Assembly: GCA_015059045.1 (NCBI GenBank)
Contig: SVBD01000001.1
Location: 66,165-130,164 of the forward strand
DNA: 64,000 nucleotides
Reading direction: 5' to 3'
From: Erysipelotrichaceae bacterium
Lineage (GTDB): Bacteria > Bacillota_I > Bacilli_A > RFN20 > CAG-449
Shown: positions 1 through 11,329 of the stretch, piece after piece
Position numbering within the stretch: position 1 is the first letter of the stretch
Layout of the letters: each line of letters opens with the position of its first letter
Notes under the pieces: model-generated
Told to the model about the DNA's origin: nothing
What the model saw: the letters and a program-made list of their open reading frames with translations, nothing else
Database searches by the model: none
Made by a program: the position numbers and the translations under genes

Positions 1-660
1 ATGATTGAACTTGATAACCCTGCTAAGTTCCCTGATATTACTAAAGTAAAGGAAATTCAAGAACCTTATGTTGAGGCTAAAATCATGACTCCGAAAGAGT
101 TTGTTGGTCCAATTATGCAACTATGTCAAGAAAGAAGAGGAATTTATTCTGATTTACAATATCTAGATGACACAAGAATGCAAATGGTATATCAATTACC
201 ATTAAGTGAAATCGTTTATAACTTCTTTGATAAATTAAAATCATATTCTAAAGGATACGCTTCATTTGATTATCAATTAATTGGCTATCAAGCAAGTAAA
301 TTAGTCAAAATGGACATTTTATTAAATGGTGAACCAATTGACGCATTAAGTAGTATCGTCTATAAAGAATTTGCTTACACAAGAGGTAATGCAATTGTAA
401 GAAAACTTAAAGAAGTTATTCCAAGACAACAATTCGAAGTTCCAGTTCAAGCGGCAATTGGAGGAAAAGTAATTGCACGTAGTGATATTAAAGCTGTAAG
501 AAAAGATGTTTTAGCAAAATGTTATGGTGGAGATATCTCTCGTAAAAAGAAATTGTTAGAAAAACAAAAAGAAGGAAAGAAGAGAATGAAATCTATTGGT
601 ACAGTTGATGTACCTCAAGATGCATTTATGGCAATCCTTTCAGTTGATGAAGATGAATAG
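1..660 (+). CDS. lepA: Elongation factor 4 (LepA), C-terminal part; 5-prime end cut by window edge
   Basis: LepA C-terminal domain residues ([33 protein letters not shown]). Conserved lepA-hemW-hrcA-grpE-dnaK-dnaJ synteny. Hairpin terminator follows. Confidence 0.9.
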   Translation: MIELDNPAKFPDITKVKEIQEPYVEAKIMTPKEFVGPIMQLCQERRGIYSDLQYLDDTRMQMVYQLPLSEIVYNFFDKLKSYSKGYASFDYQLIGYQASKLVKMDILLNGEPIDALSSIVYKEFAYTRGNAIVRKLKEVIPRQQFEVPVQAAIGGKVIARSDIKAVRKDVLAKCYGGDISRKKKLLEKQKEGKKRMKSIGTVDVPQDAFMAILSVDEDE

Positions 661-692
661 TCACACAAATTGTGTGACTTTTTATTTTTTTA
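660..692 (+). terminator. Rho-independent terminator of lepA
   Basis: Stem gtcacaca/tgtgtgac with loop aat, followed by tttttattttttt. Confidence 0.7.
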
Positions 693-805
693 TGCGATAT
701 ATAATATTTTTTGTCGAAATTTGTTAGTAGTTTTTTAGTAAATATTTAGCAGTCATTATTGAAGTAGTTAGACTTTTTATATAAAATATAAATGTATAAG
801 GAGAA

Positions 806-2200
806 ATGATTATGGAAAAAGATTTTGGTATTCGTTTTACTGACGAAAATTATGCAACTCGCGATGATGTAAAAAAAGCATTAAATATTTCAAGTATTGA
901 TTCAATTTGGGATAAAGTAACTCAATTTAGAGCCTATTATACACGTCAAACAAGTTTGAAAAATATTGAACGTGTTCCTTTTTCTTTTGTTTTACCACCT
1001 AAATTAACATCCAAAATCGTTTCATTAGAAAAGAAATTATCAAAATTATTAGTAAAAACTTCTTTAGCAAATATTCAAAATTCTTCAAACTATAATTCTT
1101 TTAAAAATCAATGCTATTTTACGATTTTAGAAGAAATCGCAAAAGGTTATGGAATTAATTATAATCAAGATACACTAAATGCAATTATTACTAATTCAAT
1201 TCCTACTTTACCAATTGAATATTTAATGTTAGAACGTTATTTAAACTGTTTAAGACATGTTGAAACTCGTTATAATGGTTCTTTTAATGAGTTTGTTATT
1301 TTATCGTTATACGCTAAATTAAGGGGCTTAGAATTAGATGTAAATAATTTAAATCAATATTATCGAACAACTGATTTATTAGATAGAGGAGATCACGTAT
1401 TCGTTGGTCAACACTATGAAGCAGCACCACTTGAAAAAATTCCTGATTTAATTAATCAATTATGTGATTTTTTAAATGATTCAACTCTTTTTAGCGTATG
1501 TAAGGCTTCAATTTGTTTCTTCTTTATTAATTACATTAAACCATTTGAATATTACAACGAAGAAATGTCTGTTTTATTATTTAAATATGTATTGTCAAAA
1601 GAAGATTTTGAATCTTTACCATCTTTAGTAATGTTTGAAGATATTCTTTCTAAATCATTTGAAAGCAAATTACAAGTTTTATCAAGGGAAAGTGAAATGA
1701 AACTTGATTTAACATATATTTCTAATTTATTAATTGATCATTTGTTAGAACATGTTATTGACTTTGAAAATGAATTAGCTTCACTTGATTTAAATATGGT
1801 AGTTCAAGAACAATACGCTAGTGAGTTACCTAAAACTAGACATGTTGTAAGTGAAACACCTATAGTTAATCACGATTCAAGTAATGTTGAAGTGGAAGGT
1901 GTTACATTTAAACAAAGTGTATCTTTACCAACTATGCCAGTAGGATTAGATGAAAAAGATGCCGATGTAGTTGCTAAAAATTTAATTGAAATTTATCCAT
2001 CGATGAAAAAAGGACAAGCTGAATTCTATTCTAGACATTGTACAGTTGGGAAATATTATACAATTGCTCAATATAAAAAAGAGCAAGATGTTGCTTATGA
2101 AACTGCAAGAACTAGTATGGATAATCTAGTAGCATTAGGTTTCTATAAAAAAGAACAAATTAAAAATAAATTTGTTTATACACCTGTAATTAAAAAATAA
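806..2200 (+). CDS. Fic-fold protein with degenerate active-site motif (Fic_N-like N-terminus with LPP motif, Fic core, C-terminal winged-helix-like tail)
   Basis: RBS aaggaga upstream. The core INYIKPFEYYNEEMSVLLFKYVL aligns to the Fic motif hhHPF(D/E)GNGRxxRll, with catalytic His, Asp and the GNGR residues replaced. FVLPPKL resembles Fic_N. C-terminal ETARTSMDNLVALGFY resembles the wHTH of Fic-family proteins. Sits as an insertion between lepA and hemW. Confidence 0.45.
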   Translation: MIMEKDFGIRFTDENYATRDDVKKALNISSIDSIWDKVTQFRAYYTRQTSLKNIERVPFSFVLPPKLTSKIVSLEKKLSKLLVKTSLANIQNSSNYNSFKNQCYFTILEEIAKGYGINYNQDTLNAIITNSIPTLPIEYLMLERYLNCLRHVETRYNGSFNEFVILSLYAKLRGLELDVNNLNQYYRTTDLLDRGDHVFVGQHYEAAPLEKIPDLINQLCDFLNDSTLFSVCKASICFFFINYIKPFEYYNEEMSVLLFKYVLSKEDFESLPSLVMFEDILSKSFESKLQVLSRESEMKLDLTYISNLLIDHLLEHVIDFENELASLDLNMVVQEQYASELPKTRHVVSETPIVNHDSSNVEVEGVTFKQSVSLPTMPVGLDEKDADVVAKNLIEIYPSMKKGQAEFYSRHCTVGKYYTIAQYKKEQDVAYETARTSMDNLVALGFYKKEQIKNKFVYTPVIKK

Positions 2201-3291
2201 TGGAAAGAGGTTTATATATTCATATTCCATTTTGCGATAATATCTGTGCCTATTGCGATTTTGCAAAGTTCTTTTATAATGAAAATTTAGTCGATCAATA
2301 TTTAGATGCATTGATAAATGAAATAGAGGATCGTAAATGTAATAATGTTTGTTCTATTTATATTGGAGGAGGAACTCCTTCTTCTTTAAATATTAATCAA
2401 TTAGAGAAATTATTAAGTTATTTAAATACCAATTTTTATAAAAAAGATATTCCTTTTACAATTGAAGCAAATTGTGAAAATTTAAGTGAAGAGAAAATTA
2501 TATTGTTTAATAAATATGGAGTTAATCGAGTTAGTTTAGGTGTTCAATCTTTTAATGATGAATTAATCAAAAGAATGAATCGTAAACATAATTTTGATAT
2601 GGTCGTTAACACTATATCTTTATTAAAAAAACATCATATTGATAATATTAGTTGTGATTTAATTTATGGACTTCCTAATGAAACTAAAGAAATTTTATTA
2701 GATGATATTAAAAAATTAATTAATTTAGATATTAAACATATTTCTACATACGCTTTACAAGTATCTAAACATACAGTTTTTTACAATCAAAAAATAATAG
2801 AAGCAAGCGAAGATAAATATCGTGAATTTTATGACTTAATTGTTGAAGAATTATTTAAAAATGGCTTTTCTCGATATGAAGTAAGTAATTTTTCTAAACC
2901 TGGATACGAATCATTTCATAATTTAATTTATTGGTTAAATAAGGAATATTATGGAGTAGGATTAGGTGCATCTTCTTATATTGATAGTGTAAGATTTGAT
3001 AATACTAAATCTTTAAATAAATATTTAACTGGAGAAAGAGTATTAAATAAAGAAGAATTAGATATAGAAGATAAAGAATTCTATGAACTAATGTTAGGGT
3101 TAAGATTATCAAAAGGAATTAATATCAATGAATTTAATAATAAATATAATAAGGATATATTATTAGATTATAAAGATAAATTAGATTCTTTATTTAATAG
3201 AGGATTAATTGAACTTAAAAATAATCACATTAGAATTACAGATGATAATGTTTTTATAATGGATTATGTCTTAAAAGAATTATTGTTTTAG
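2200..3291 (+). CDS. hemW: Radical SAM heme chaperone HemW (coproporphyrinogen III oxidase-like)
   Basis: CxxxCxxC radical-SAM motif (CDNICAYCDF). Length 363 aa. Position between lepA and hrcA as in Bacillus. Confidence 0.85.
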   Translation: MERGLYIHIPFCDNICAYCDFAKFFYNENLVDQYLDALINEIEDRKCNNVCSIYIGGGTPSSLNINQLEKLLSYLNTNFYKKDIPFTIEANCENLSEEKIILFNKYGVNRVSLGVQSFNDELIKRMNRKHNFDMVVNTISLLKKHHIDNISCDLIYGLPNETKEILLDDIKKLINLDIKHISTYALQVSKHTVFYNQKIIEASEDKYREFYDLIVEELFKNGFSRYEVSNFSKPGYESFHNLIYWLNKEYYGVGLGASSYIDSVRFDNTKSLNKYLTGERVLNKEELDIEDKEFYELMLGLRLSKGININEFNNKYNKDILLDYKDKLDSLFNRGLIELKNNHIRITDDNVFIMDYVLKELLF

Positions 3292-3310
3292 ATAAAATAT
3301 AAGAAAATTA

Positions 3311-3371
3311 ACACTCTTATCATAGGAGCGCTAAAAGGTAAAAAGACTCTGAATAAGAGTTTTTTTCTTTT
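3311..3371 (+). terminator. Putative terminator after hemW (long-loop hairpin plus T-run)
   Basis: actcttat...ataagagt inverted repeat followed by ttttttctttt. Confidence 0.45.
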
Positions 3372-3443
3372 AATATTAAAAATTATTAACTTTTTTAATA
3401 AGTAAAACTTATTATAAAGAAAATTTAAAAAAAAATTTAATTT

Positions 3444-3470
3444 TTAGCACTAAAATGTTGACAGTGCTAA
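3444..3470 (+). promoter_or_regulatory. CIRCE element 1 (HrcA operator) overlapping the hrcA promoter
   Basis: TTAGCACTA-N9-CAGTGCTAA matches the CIRCE consensus TTAGCACTC-N9-GAGTGCTAA. TTGACA lies inside the spacer. Confidence 0.85.
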
Positions 3471-3485
3471 TATAATGGTTATAAT
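3458..3485 (+). promoter_or_regulatory. Sigma-A type promoter of the hrcA-grpE-dnaK-dnaJ operon
   Basis: TTGACA (3458-3463), 16-nt spacer, TATAAT (3480-3485). Embedded between the two CIRCE repeats. Confidence 0.55.
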
Positions 3486-3489
3486 AGAA

Positions 3490-3516
3490 TTAGCAATACT
3501 TGAAAAAGAGTGCTAA
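3490..3516 (+). promoter_or_regulatory. CIRCE element 2 (second, slightly degenerate HrcA operator) just upstream of the hrcA RBS
   Basis: TTAGCAATA-N9-GAGTGCTAA. Followed by RBS aaaggaggt and the hrcA ATG at 3531. Confidence 0.75.
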
Positions 3517-3530
3517 AAAGGAGGTACGGT

Positions 3531-4565
3531 ATGGATCTATCAAGAAGAGAATTAATCTTGAAATATATCGTCGAGTATTTTATTAAGAATGCTCAACCTG
3601 TTGGTAGTCACACATTAATTGATACATATGGATTACATTATTCCAGTGCAACAATTAGAAATGAAATGATGGAACTTGAGAATCTAGGTTACTTAGAGAA
3701 GACACATACTTCAAGTGGTAGAGTTCCTTCAAGTAAAGGTTATAAATATTATATTGATCACTTAAGAGAAAAGACAATCGATGATTCAATTAAACATAGC
3801 TTATCTGTTATCTTTAATGAAAAGAATAAAAGTATCGATGATGTAATTAAAGAATCATGTCAAATCTTATCTCATATGACTAACTTAGCTTCAGTTGTCC
3901 TAGGACCAAACGCTAATGAAGAACATCTAGTATCAATTCAATTTATTCCATTAAGTCAAAATAGTGCAACAGCAGTTTTTGTTACTGATAAAGGTTATGT
4001 CGAAAATAAAACATTTATCTTACCAAGGAATATGAATATTTCCGATATTGAAAGTTGTATGAAGATGCTTAATGATAGATTAAAAGGAACACCTATCAGT
4101 GGCTTAGTTGAAAAAACCGAGTTATTAAAACCAATTATCACTGAATATGTAAAAAACAATGATGCGGTATATCAGCAAATTGCAAAAGTATTATTAAATT
4201 TCTCAACTCAAAGAGTTTCAATGTTTGGATCTAATAAGCTATTAGAACAACCAGAATTCGCATCTGATATATCAAAACTTGCAAAGTTAATGAAAATCAT
4301 TGAATCGCCTGAATCTATGTCGAATATTCTTGAAGATGATGAAGAAGGATTTGGAATTCACATTGCAGAAGATAATGGAGATCACTTCCAAGATGTTTCA
4401 ATTATTACAAGTGATATTAATGTTCAAGGAGAAAATAGAGGAAAGATTGCTTTAGTTGGACCAAAAAGAATGGATTACAATAAAGTATTATCTGCTTTAG
4501 AATATCTAGTAGAACAAATTAATAAACTATATGACGAGGAGGATGAAGATGGAAGAAAGAACTAA
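3531..4565 (+). CDS. hrcA: Heat-inducible transcription repressor HrcA
   Basis: N-terminus MDLSRRELILKYIVEYFIKNAQPVGSHTL matches the HrcA wHTH. Start chosen at the ATG 8 nt after RBS aggaggt. CIRCE elements upstream. Confidence 0.9.
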   Translation: MDLSRRELILKYIVEYFIKNAQPVGSHTLIDTYGLHYSSATIRNEMMELENLGYLEKTHTSSGRVPSSKGYKYYIDHLREKTIDDSIKHSLSVIFNEKNKSIDDVIKESCQILSHMTNLASVVLGPNANEEHLVSIQFIPLSQNSATAVFVTDKGYVENKTFILPRNMNISDIESCMKMLNDRLKGTPISGLVEKTELLKPIITEYVKNNDAVYQQIAKVLLNFSTQRVSMFGSNKLLEQPEFASDISKLAKLMKIIESPESMSNILEDDEEGFGIHIAEDNGDHFQDVSIITSDINVQGENRGKIALVGPKRMDYNKVLSALEYLVEQINKLYDEEDEDGRKN

Positions 4566-5130
4566 CGAAGTAAATTTAGATGAGAAAAATATCGACGAAG
4601 AAGCTCCATCTAAAGAATCAAGAAAAGATAAAAAATCAAAAGAAAAAGTTAAAGAATTAGAAGAGCAAGTTGCTGAATGGAAAAATAAATTCTATCAAGC
4701 ATACGCAGATATGGATAACCTAAGAAAATTGATGGAAAAAGATCATCAACAAATGGTTAAGTATCGCGGACAAGGATTCTTAGAATCCTTACTTCCAGTT
4801 CTAGATAACTTCTATATGGCTTTTAAAGTTACCCCTACAGATCCAACTTTAGCAGCTTATTGTAAGGGATTTGAAATGATTTACAATCAAATGGTATACA
4901 CTCTTGAAAATGAAGGAGTTAAGGAAATTTCACCACAAATTGGTTGTAAATTTGATCACAACACTATGCAAGCGGTAGATGTTGTTGAAGGAGAACAAGA
5001 TGATGTAGTTGTTCAAGTGGCAAACAAAGGATATCTATATCATGAACGCTTGGTTAGACCAGCAATGGTTATAGTTTCAAAAATTAAACAAGAAGTAAAT
5101 AATGAATCTGATGATTCAAAATTAAATTAA
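4549..5130 (+). CDS. grpE: Nucleotide exchange factor GrpE
   Basis: GrpE C-terminal motifs (YRGQGFLESLLPVLDNF, GFEMIYNQ, LVRPAMVIVSK). RBS gaggagga. Overlaps the hrcA stop. Confidence 0.9.
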   Translation: MEERTNEVNLDEKNIDEEAPSKESRKDKKSKEKVKELEEQVAEWKNKFYQAYADMDNLRKLMEKDHQQMVKYRGQGFLESLLPVLDNFYMAFKVTPTDPTLAAYCKGFEMIYNQMVYTLENEGVKEISPQIGCKFDHNTMQAVDVVEGEQDDVVVQVANKGYLYHERLVRPAMVIVSKIKQEVNNESDDSKLN

Positions 5131-5142
5131 AAAAGGAGATAG

Positions 5143-6981
<1,839 letters not shown>

Positions 6982-7037
6982 TTTATGTGATTTGGAGGCA
7001 TAGCCTCCTTATTGCGTATTTAGAAAGGATGTATTAA

Positions 7038-8183
7038 ATGGCTAACAAACGTGATTATTATGATGTCTTAGGTCTTTCTAAAACTGCAACTGATGATGAA
7101 ATTAAATCAAATTATCGTAAACTAGCAAAAAAATATCACCCAGACTTAAATAAAGAACCAGGTGCTGAAGAAAAATTTAAAGAAGTTCAAGAAGCATATG
7201 AAGTCTTATCTGATTCAAAGAAAAGACAAACTTATGACCAATTTGGTCATGCTGCTTTTGATCAAAACGGTGGCGCAAGTGGATTTAATAGTGGATTTGG
7301 AGGCTTTAGTGGTTTCCAAGATATGGATGTTGATTTAGGAGACATTTTTGGTTCTTTCTTTGGTGGCGGAAGAAGACAAAACCGCGCAAGTGGACCAATG
7401 AAGGGGAATGATTCATTCCTATCTATTAAAATTAGTTTCATGGACTCAGTAAAAGGTAAAAAGATTGAATTACCTATTACATTTGATGAACCATGTTCTT
7501 CGTGTAAAGGCACAGGAGCTGAGTCTCCAAATGATATTACAACATGTACTAACTGTAATGGTACTGGTCATGTTAGACAAAGAACTCAAACAATCTTTGG
7601 TACTATGGAATCACAAGCTGTATGTCCAACTTGTGGCGGAAGTGGTAAAGTAATTAGAAATAAATGTACAAGTTGTGGCGGTAAAGGATATAAGAAAACA
7701 AAAACTAAGATTGATGTTAATATTCCAGCAGGAATTAATAATGGCCAACAACTTAGAGTTTCTGGTAAGGGTGAAAGAGGACTTAATGGCGGTCCTAATG
7801 GAGATTTATATATCGAAATTAATGTCACACCAGATAGTTTCTTCCAACGTAAAGGAAATGATATCCACGTTGAATTAACTATGAATATGATTGATGCATG
7901 TTTAGGAAGTGTTGTTGAAATTCCAACGGTATATGGTAAAGTAGACTTAACAATTCCAGAAGGTTCACAAAATGGTCAAGTATTAAAAATGAGAGGTAAA
8001 GGAATTAAAGATTTACGTAGTTCTTCTTACGGAGATCAATATGTACATTTAAAAGTAGAAACGCCTAAAAATTTAAATAGTGAACAAAAAGAATTATTAA
8101 ATAGATTCCAAGAAATTGAATCAAAGAAAAAAGGTAGATCAGAATCATTCTTTGATAAAATTAAGAAGACATTTAAAAAATAA
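7038..8183 (+). CDS. dnaJ: Chaperone DnaJ (Hsp40)
   Basis: J-domain with HPD (YHPDLNK), G/F-rich region, four CxxCxGxG zinc-finger repeats. Confidence 0.97.
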   Translation: MANKRDYYDVLGLSKTATDDEIKSNYRKLAKKYHPDLNKEPGAEEKFKEVQEAYEVLSDSKKRQTYDQFGHAAFDQNGGASGFNSGFGGFSGFQDMDVDLGDIFGSFFGGGRRQNRASGPMKGNDSFLSIKISFMDSVKGKKIELPITFDEPCSSCKGTGAESPNDITTCTNCNGTGHVRQRTQTIFGTMESQAVCPTCGGSGKVIRNKCTSCGGKGYKKTKTKIDVNIPAGINNGQQLRVSGKGERGLNGGPNGDLYIEINVTPDSFFQRKGNDIHVELTMNMIDACLGSVVEIPTVYGKVDLTIPEGSQNGQVLKMRGKGIKDLRSSSYGDQYVHLKVETPKNLNSEQKELLNRFQEIESKKKGRSESFFDKIKKTFKK

Positions 8184-8184
8184 T

Positions 8185-8210
8185 AAAGGGGTAACACCCT
8201 TTATTTTTTT
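8185..8210 (+). terminator. Rho-independent terminator of the dnaK operon
   Basis: aaaggg-gtaaca-cccttt followed by attttttt. Confidence 0.75.
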
Positions 8211-8261
8211 ATTGATTTTCACTAAAAAATAATACAAAATAGTAATATAGAGGTAAAGTAT

Positions 8262-8651
8262 ATGAAAAAATGTCCTTATTGTAAAACATTGAATAATGAT
8301 GAACAAGAAACATGTGTTAATTGTTTACATGATATAACTGAAGTAAGTGTAATGGCACCTCCGTTAAGTAAAAAATTCAGTGCGCAAATTACTATTATGA
8401 TTTTTGGACTAATCATGTTAGTAGGTGGAATCGCTGCATTCTTTAGTCAAAGAGATGTTTATTATAATTATTTGGATTTAATGAAAATTCCTGATTTGAC
8501 ATCTCAACAAGTTGCTAAATTCCAAGAATTAGCTAATCAAGCTTCATTTGAAATGACAGCAATGTTAATTATTAGTATTGTAGGTGTAGCAACTTTTATT
8601 GCAGGAGCTGTATTCTTAGCAATCAAATATTTCAAACAGCAAAGTAAATAA
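8262..8651 (+). CDS. Small membrane protein with N-terminal zinc-ribbon (CPYC...CVNC) and two predicted TM helices
   Basis: CxxC-x9-CxxC at the N-terminus, two hydrophobic stretches, own RBS and terminator. No homolog recognised. Confidence 0.5.
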   Translation: MKKCPYCKTLNNDEQETCVNCLHDITEVSVMAPPLSKKFSAQITIMIFGLIMLVGGIAAFFSQRDVYYNYLDLMKIPDLTSQQVAKFQELANQASFEMTAMLIISIVGVATFIAGAVFLAIKYFKQQSK

Positions 8652-8682
8652 AGACTATAAAAAAATATAGTCTTTTTTTTAA
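8651..8682 (+). terminator. Rho-independent terminator
   Basis: aagactata-aaaaaaa-tatagtctt followed by tttttttt. Confidence 0.75.
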
Positions 8683-8815
8683 TATTGGAATATACTAATA
8701 AAAGAGGTGATGGTAATTATGGAACAGCCGAGTAGTAATTTAATCTATGTAAGTACTAAGAGTGCTGTTTTTACCATTGGAGTAAATAAATAGCGCTCAT
8801 TAAGGAGGGTTATTT

Positions 8816-10204
8816 ATGGAAGAATTCTTAAATGAAATCTTATTGATCATTAGATCAAGTAAAAATAATAAAGAAAAGTATAATGAATTGACTCAATATC
8901 ACGATTCTGATATTGCGGATGTTTTTACTTTGCTTGATGATGAAGAAAAAATTCATTTAGCTAAAATTTTAGGTAAAGAGAAATTATCAGATATTATCGC
9001 GTATTTAGAAGATTCTGAAGACTTTTTAGATTTGTTAAAAGATGAAGATGCGGCTGATGTTATTGAATTAATGGATGCCGATGATGCTGTTGACGTACTT
9101 GAAGATTTAGACAGTGAAGATAGAGAAAAAATCATCGAATTATTAAGTGAAGACGCTAAAGAAGACGTAAAATTAATTTTATCGTTTGAAAAAGATCAAG
9201 TTGGTTCTTTAATGACTACTAATTTCATCCAAGTAATTAAGGGAGATGGAGTTAAAGGAGCAATGAAAAAATTAATTGAGCAAGCAAGTGAAAATGATAA
9301 TATTTCTACTTTAATTGTTCTTAATCCTGATGAAACGTTCTATGGATGTATTGATTTAAAAGAATTAATTATTGCTCGTGAAGGAGAAGATTTAACTCAA
9401 AGAGTTAAAACTAATTATCCAACGGTATATGCTGATTCATTAATTGATGATGTAATTAATGACTTAAAAGAATATGCTGAGGATATTATTCCAGTACTTG
9501 ACCACGAAGAACACTTATTAGGTGTTATTACTTCACAAGATATTGTTGAATTGGTTCAAGAAGAAGCGTATGAAGACTTAAATCGTATGGCTGGTTTGAT
9601 TACTCATGAAGATGAAAAAGAAAATTTCTTTGGATCTATTAAAAAGAGAATTCCTTGGTTAATTACTTTATTGATTTTAGGTTTGTTAGTTTCTAGTGTT
9701 ATATCAGCATTTACTGATATTATCGCAGAAGTTACTGCAGCAGTATTATTTCAATCTGTAGTATTAGGTATGGCTGGTAATGGTGGAACTCAAGCTCTTG
9801 CCGTTACTTTAACAACACTAACTCAAGATGATGATATTAACCGTAAAAAAGTAATGAAAATGCTTGGAAAAGAAGTTGCTATTGGCTTTCTAAATGGTGT
9901 TATTTTAGGAGCAATTTCTTTTGGTATTGTTTTATTGTTCTTAGTTGGAAAACAACAACCAATTACATCTAACGGTGTATACAACATTAATGATTGTTTG
10001 TTAGTTGCAATGTCTGTAAGTTTATCTTTAGTAATCGCTTTAATTTTCTCATCATTACTTGGACTACTTTTACCAGTATTATTTAAGAGAATTAAAATTG
10101 ATCCAGCTGTTGCAAGTGGTCCAATGATTACTACAATTAATGACTTACTTTCTTCATGTATTTACTATGGATTAATCGGATTGCTATTTGGTTTATTAAT
10201 TTAA
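8816..10204 (+). CDS. mgtE: Magnesium transporter MgtE
   Basis: MgtE N-domain, CBS pair, C-terminal TM domain with DPAVASGPMITTINDLLS. RBS aaggaggg. Confidence 0.9.
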   Translation: MEEFLNEILLIIRSSKNNKEKYNELTQYHDSDIADVFTLLDDEEKIHLAKILGKEKLSDIIAYLEDSEDFLDLLKDEDAADVIELMDADDAVDVLEDLDSEDREKIIELLSEDAKEDVKLILSFEKDQVGSLMTTNFIQVIKGDGVKGAMKKLIEQASENDNISTLIVLNPDETFYGCIDLKELIIAREGEDLTQRVKTNYPTVYADSLIDDVINDLKEYAEDIIPVLDHEEHLLGVITSQDIVELVQEEAYEDLNRMAGLITHEDEKENFFGSIKKRIPWLITLLILGLLVSSVISAFTDIIAEVTAAVLFQSVVLGMAGNGGTQALAVTLTTLTQDDDINRKKVMKMLGKEVAIGFLNGVILGAISFGIVLLFLVGKQQPITSNGVYNINDCLLVAMSVSLSLVIALIFSSLLGLLLPVLFKRIKIDPAVASGPMITTINDLLSSCIYYGLIGLLFGLLI

Positions 10205-10315
10205 TTAATATTTCTTTAAGAAAATTAAAAAAAATTCAAAAATTTTAATTTTATTATTGATTATTTTCTAAAATTTGGTATTATCTATATTGCGTCAAGT
10301 AATTTAACGCAAAAT

Positions 10316-10392
10316 GGCGGTGTAGCCCAGTTGGTTAGAGCGACCGGCTCATACCCGGTAGGTCGAGGGTTCAAGTCCCCCCGCCGCTACCA
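10316..10392 (+). tRNA. tRNA-Met (elongator, anticodon CAT)
   Basis: Cloverleaf with anticodon loop ctCATac, CCA end encoded. Near-identical to B. subtilis elongator tRNA-Met (GGCGGTGTAGC...CCGCCGCTACCA). Confidence 0.85.
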
Positions 10393-10412
10393 TTTATATA
10401 TTAGATTTTGTA

Positions 10413-10488
10413 GGACCCTTAGTTCAATGGTTAGAGCCCCCGTCTCATAAACGGGTAGTTGTAGGTTCAAGTCCTACAGGGTCCACCA
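10413..10488 (+). tRNA. tRNA-Ile2 (anticodon CAT, lysidine-type) or tRNA-Met-like
   Basis: Acceptor ggaccct/agggtcc. Anticodon stem cccgt/acggg with loop ctCATaa. T-arm GTAGGTTCAAGTCCTAC as in Bacillus tRNA-Ile(CAU). CCA encoded. Confidence 0.75.
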
Positions 10489-10494
10489 AATACT

Positions 10495-10585
10495 GGAGAA
10501 ATACCCAAGTGGCTGAAGGGGTCGGTCTTGAAAACCGATAGGGGGTGCAAGCTCCGCTAGGGTTCAAATCCCTATTTCTCCGCCA
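10495..10585 (+). tRNA. tRNA-Ser (anticodon TGA), class II with long variable arm
   Basis: GGAGAAATACCCAAGTGGCTGAAGGG...CTCCGCCA. Anticodon stem tcggt/accga with loop ctTGAaa. 91 nt. Confidence 0.85.
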
Positions 10586-10596
10586 GTAAAAAAATT

Positions 10597-10620
10597 AAGA
10601 CGCTATTATGCGTCTTTTAT
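10597..10620 (+). terminator. Terminator of the tRNA cluster
   Basis: aagacgc-tattat-gcgtctt followed by ttatttt. Confidence 0.7.
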
Positions 10621-10638
10621 TTTATTAGGAGAATAATT

Positions 10639-11301
10639 ATGAGATATGTCGTATTAACGTTTGATGATGGAACTATATATGATAAGAGATTCATTGAAAT
10701 ATTGAATAAATATAATATTCCATGTTCGTTTAATCTTAATTCGGGTCTAGATGATTTTATTTGGTATTTTAATGAAGAAAAAGAAATTCGTAGATTAAAT
10801 CTAGAAGAAAACAAAAATATATATGAAAATCATGAAGTTTGTTCTCATTCTTATACTCACCCATATTTTATTGACTTAAACGAAAATCAAATAATAGAAC
10901 AAGTAAATAAAGATATTCAAAGATTGGAAAAAATATTTAATAGAGAAATAACTACATTTGCATTTCCTTTCACAGAATGGAATGATGAAATTATAAATAT
11001 TATCAAAGAAAAAACTAAAATAAAAAATATTAGAATCTCGAAAATTAGTAATGATTATCTTCCACAAGATAGATTTCATATTCATTTGAATGCTTTTTAT
11101 GATGATTATGATATTTATAAAAAACTAGAAGAATATTCAAAAAATAATTTAGAAAACGCTTTATTCACAATAGTTGGTCATTCATATGAATTTGAAGTAA
11201 AAAATGATTGGAATAAGATTGAAAATCTATTAAAGTATTTATCCTCAAATAAAGATATATTAGTTACTACTCTAGAAGAAGCAATTAATAATATTTATTA
11301 A
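10639..11301 (+). CDS. Polysaccharide deacetylase (NodB-homology) family protein, apparently cytoplasmic
   Basis: NodB motif 1 TFDDG and motif 2 HSYTHP. No signal peptide. 220 aa. Confidence 0.6.
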   Translation: MRYVVLTFDDGTIYDKRFIEILNKYNIPCSFNLNSGLDDFIWYFNEEKEIRRLNLEENKNIYENHEVCSHSYTHPYFIDLNENQIIEQVNKDIQRLEKIFNREITTFAFPFTEWNDEIINIIKEKTKIKNIRISKISNDYLPQDRFHIHLNAFYDDYDIYKKLEEYSKNNLENALFTIVGHSYEFEVKNDWNKIENLLKYLSSNKDILVTTLEEAINNIY

Positions 11302-11327
11302 AAAAATCCGCATTTTTGCGGATTTTC
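11301..11327. terminator. Bidirectional terminator between deacetylase (+) and thrS (-)
   Basis: aaaaaa-tccgca-tttt-tgcgga-ttttc, flanked by A-run and T-run. Confidence 0.75.
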
Positions 11328-11329
11328 TT

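Noticed and set aside
7262-7878. Antisense/alternate ORFs inside dnaJ
   Set aside because: Same reasoning; they overlap the G/F-rich and zinc-finger coding region.
8684-8815. M-box riboswitch expected upstream of mgtE
   Set aside because: Leader too short (about 130 nt) and conserved M-box core sequences not seen.
10617-10814. 65-aa minus-strand ORF overlapping the tRNA-cluster terminator and the deacetylase start
   Set aside because: No RBS, overlaps a real terminator and a better-supported + strand gene.
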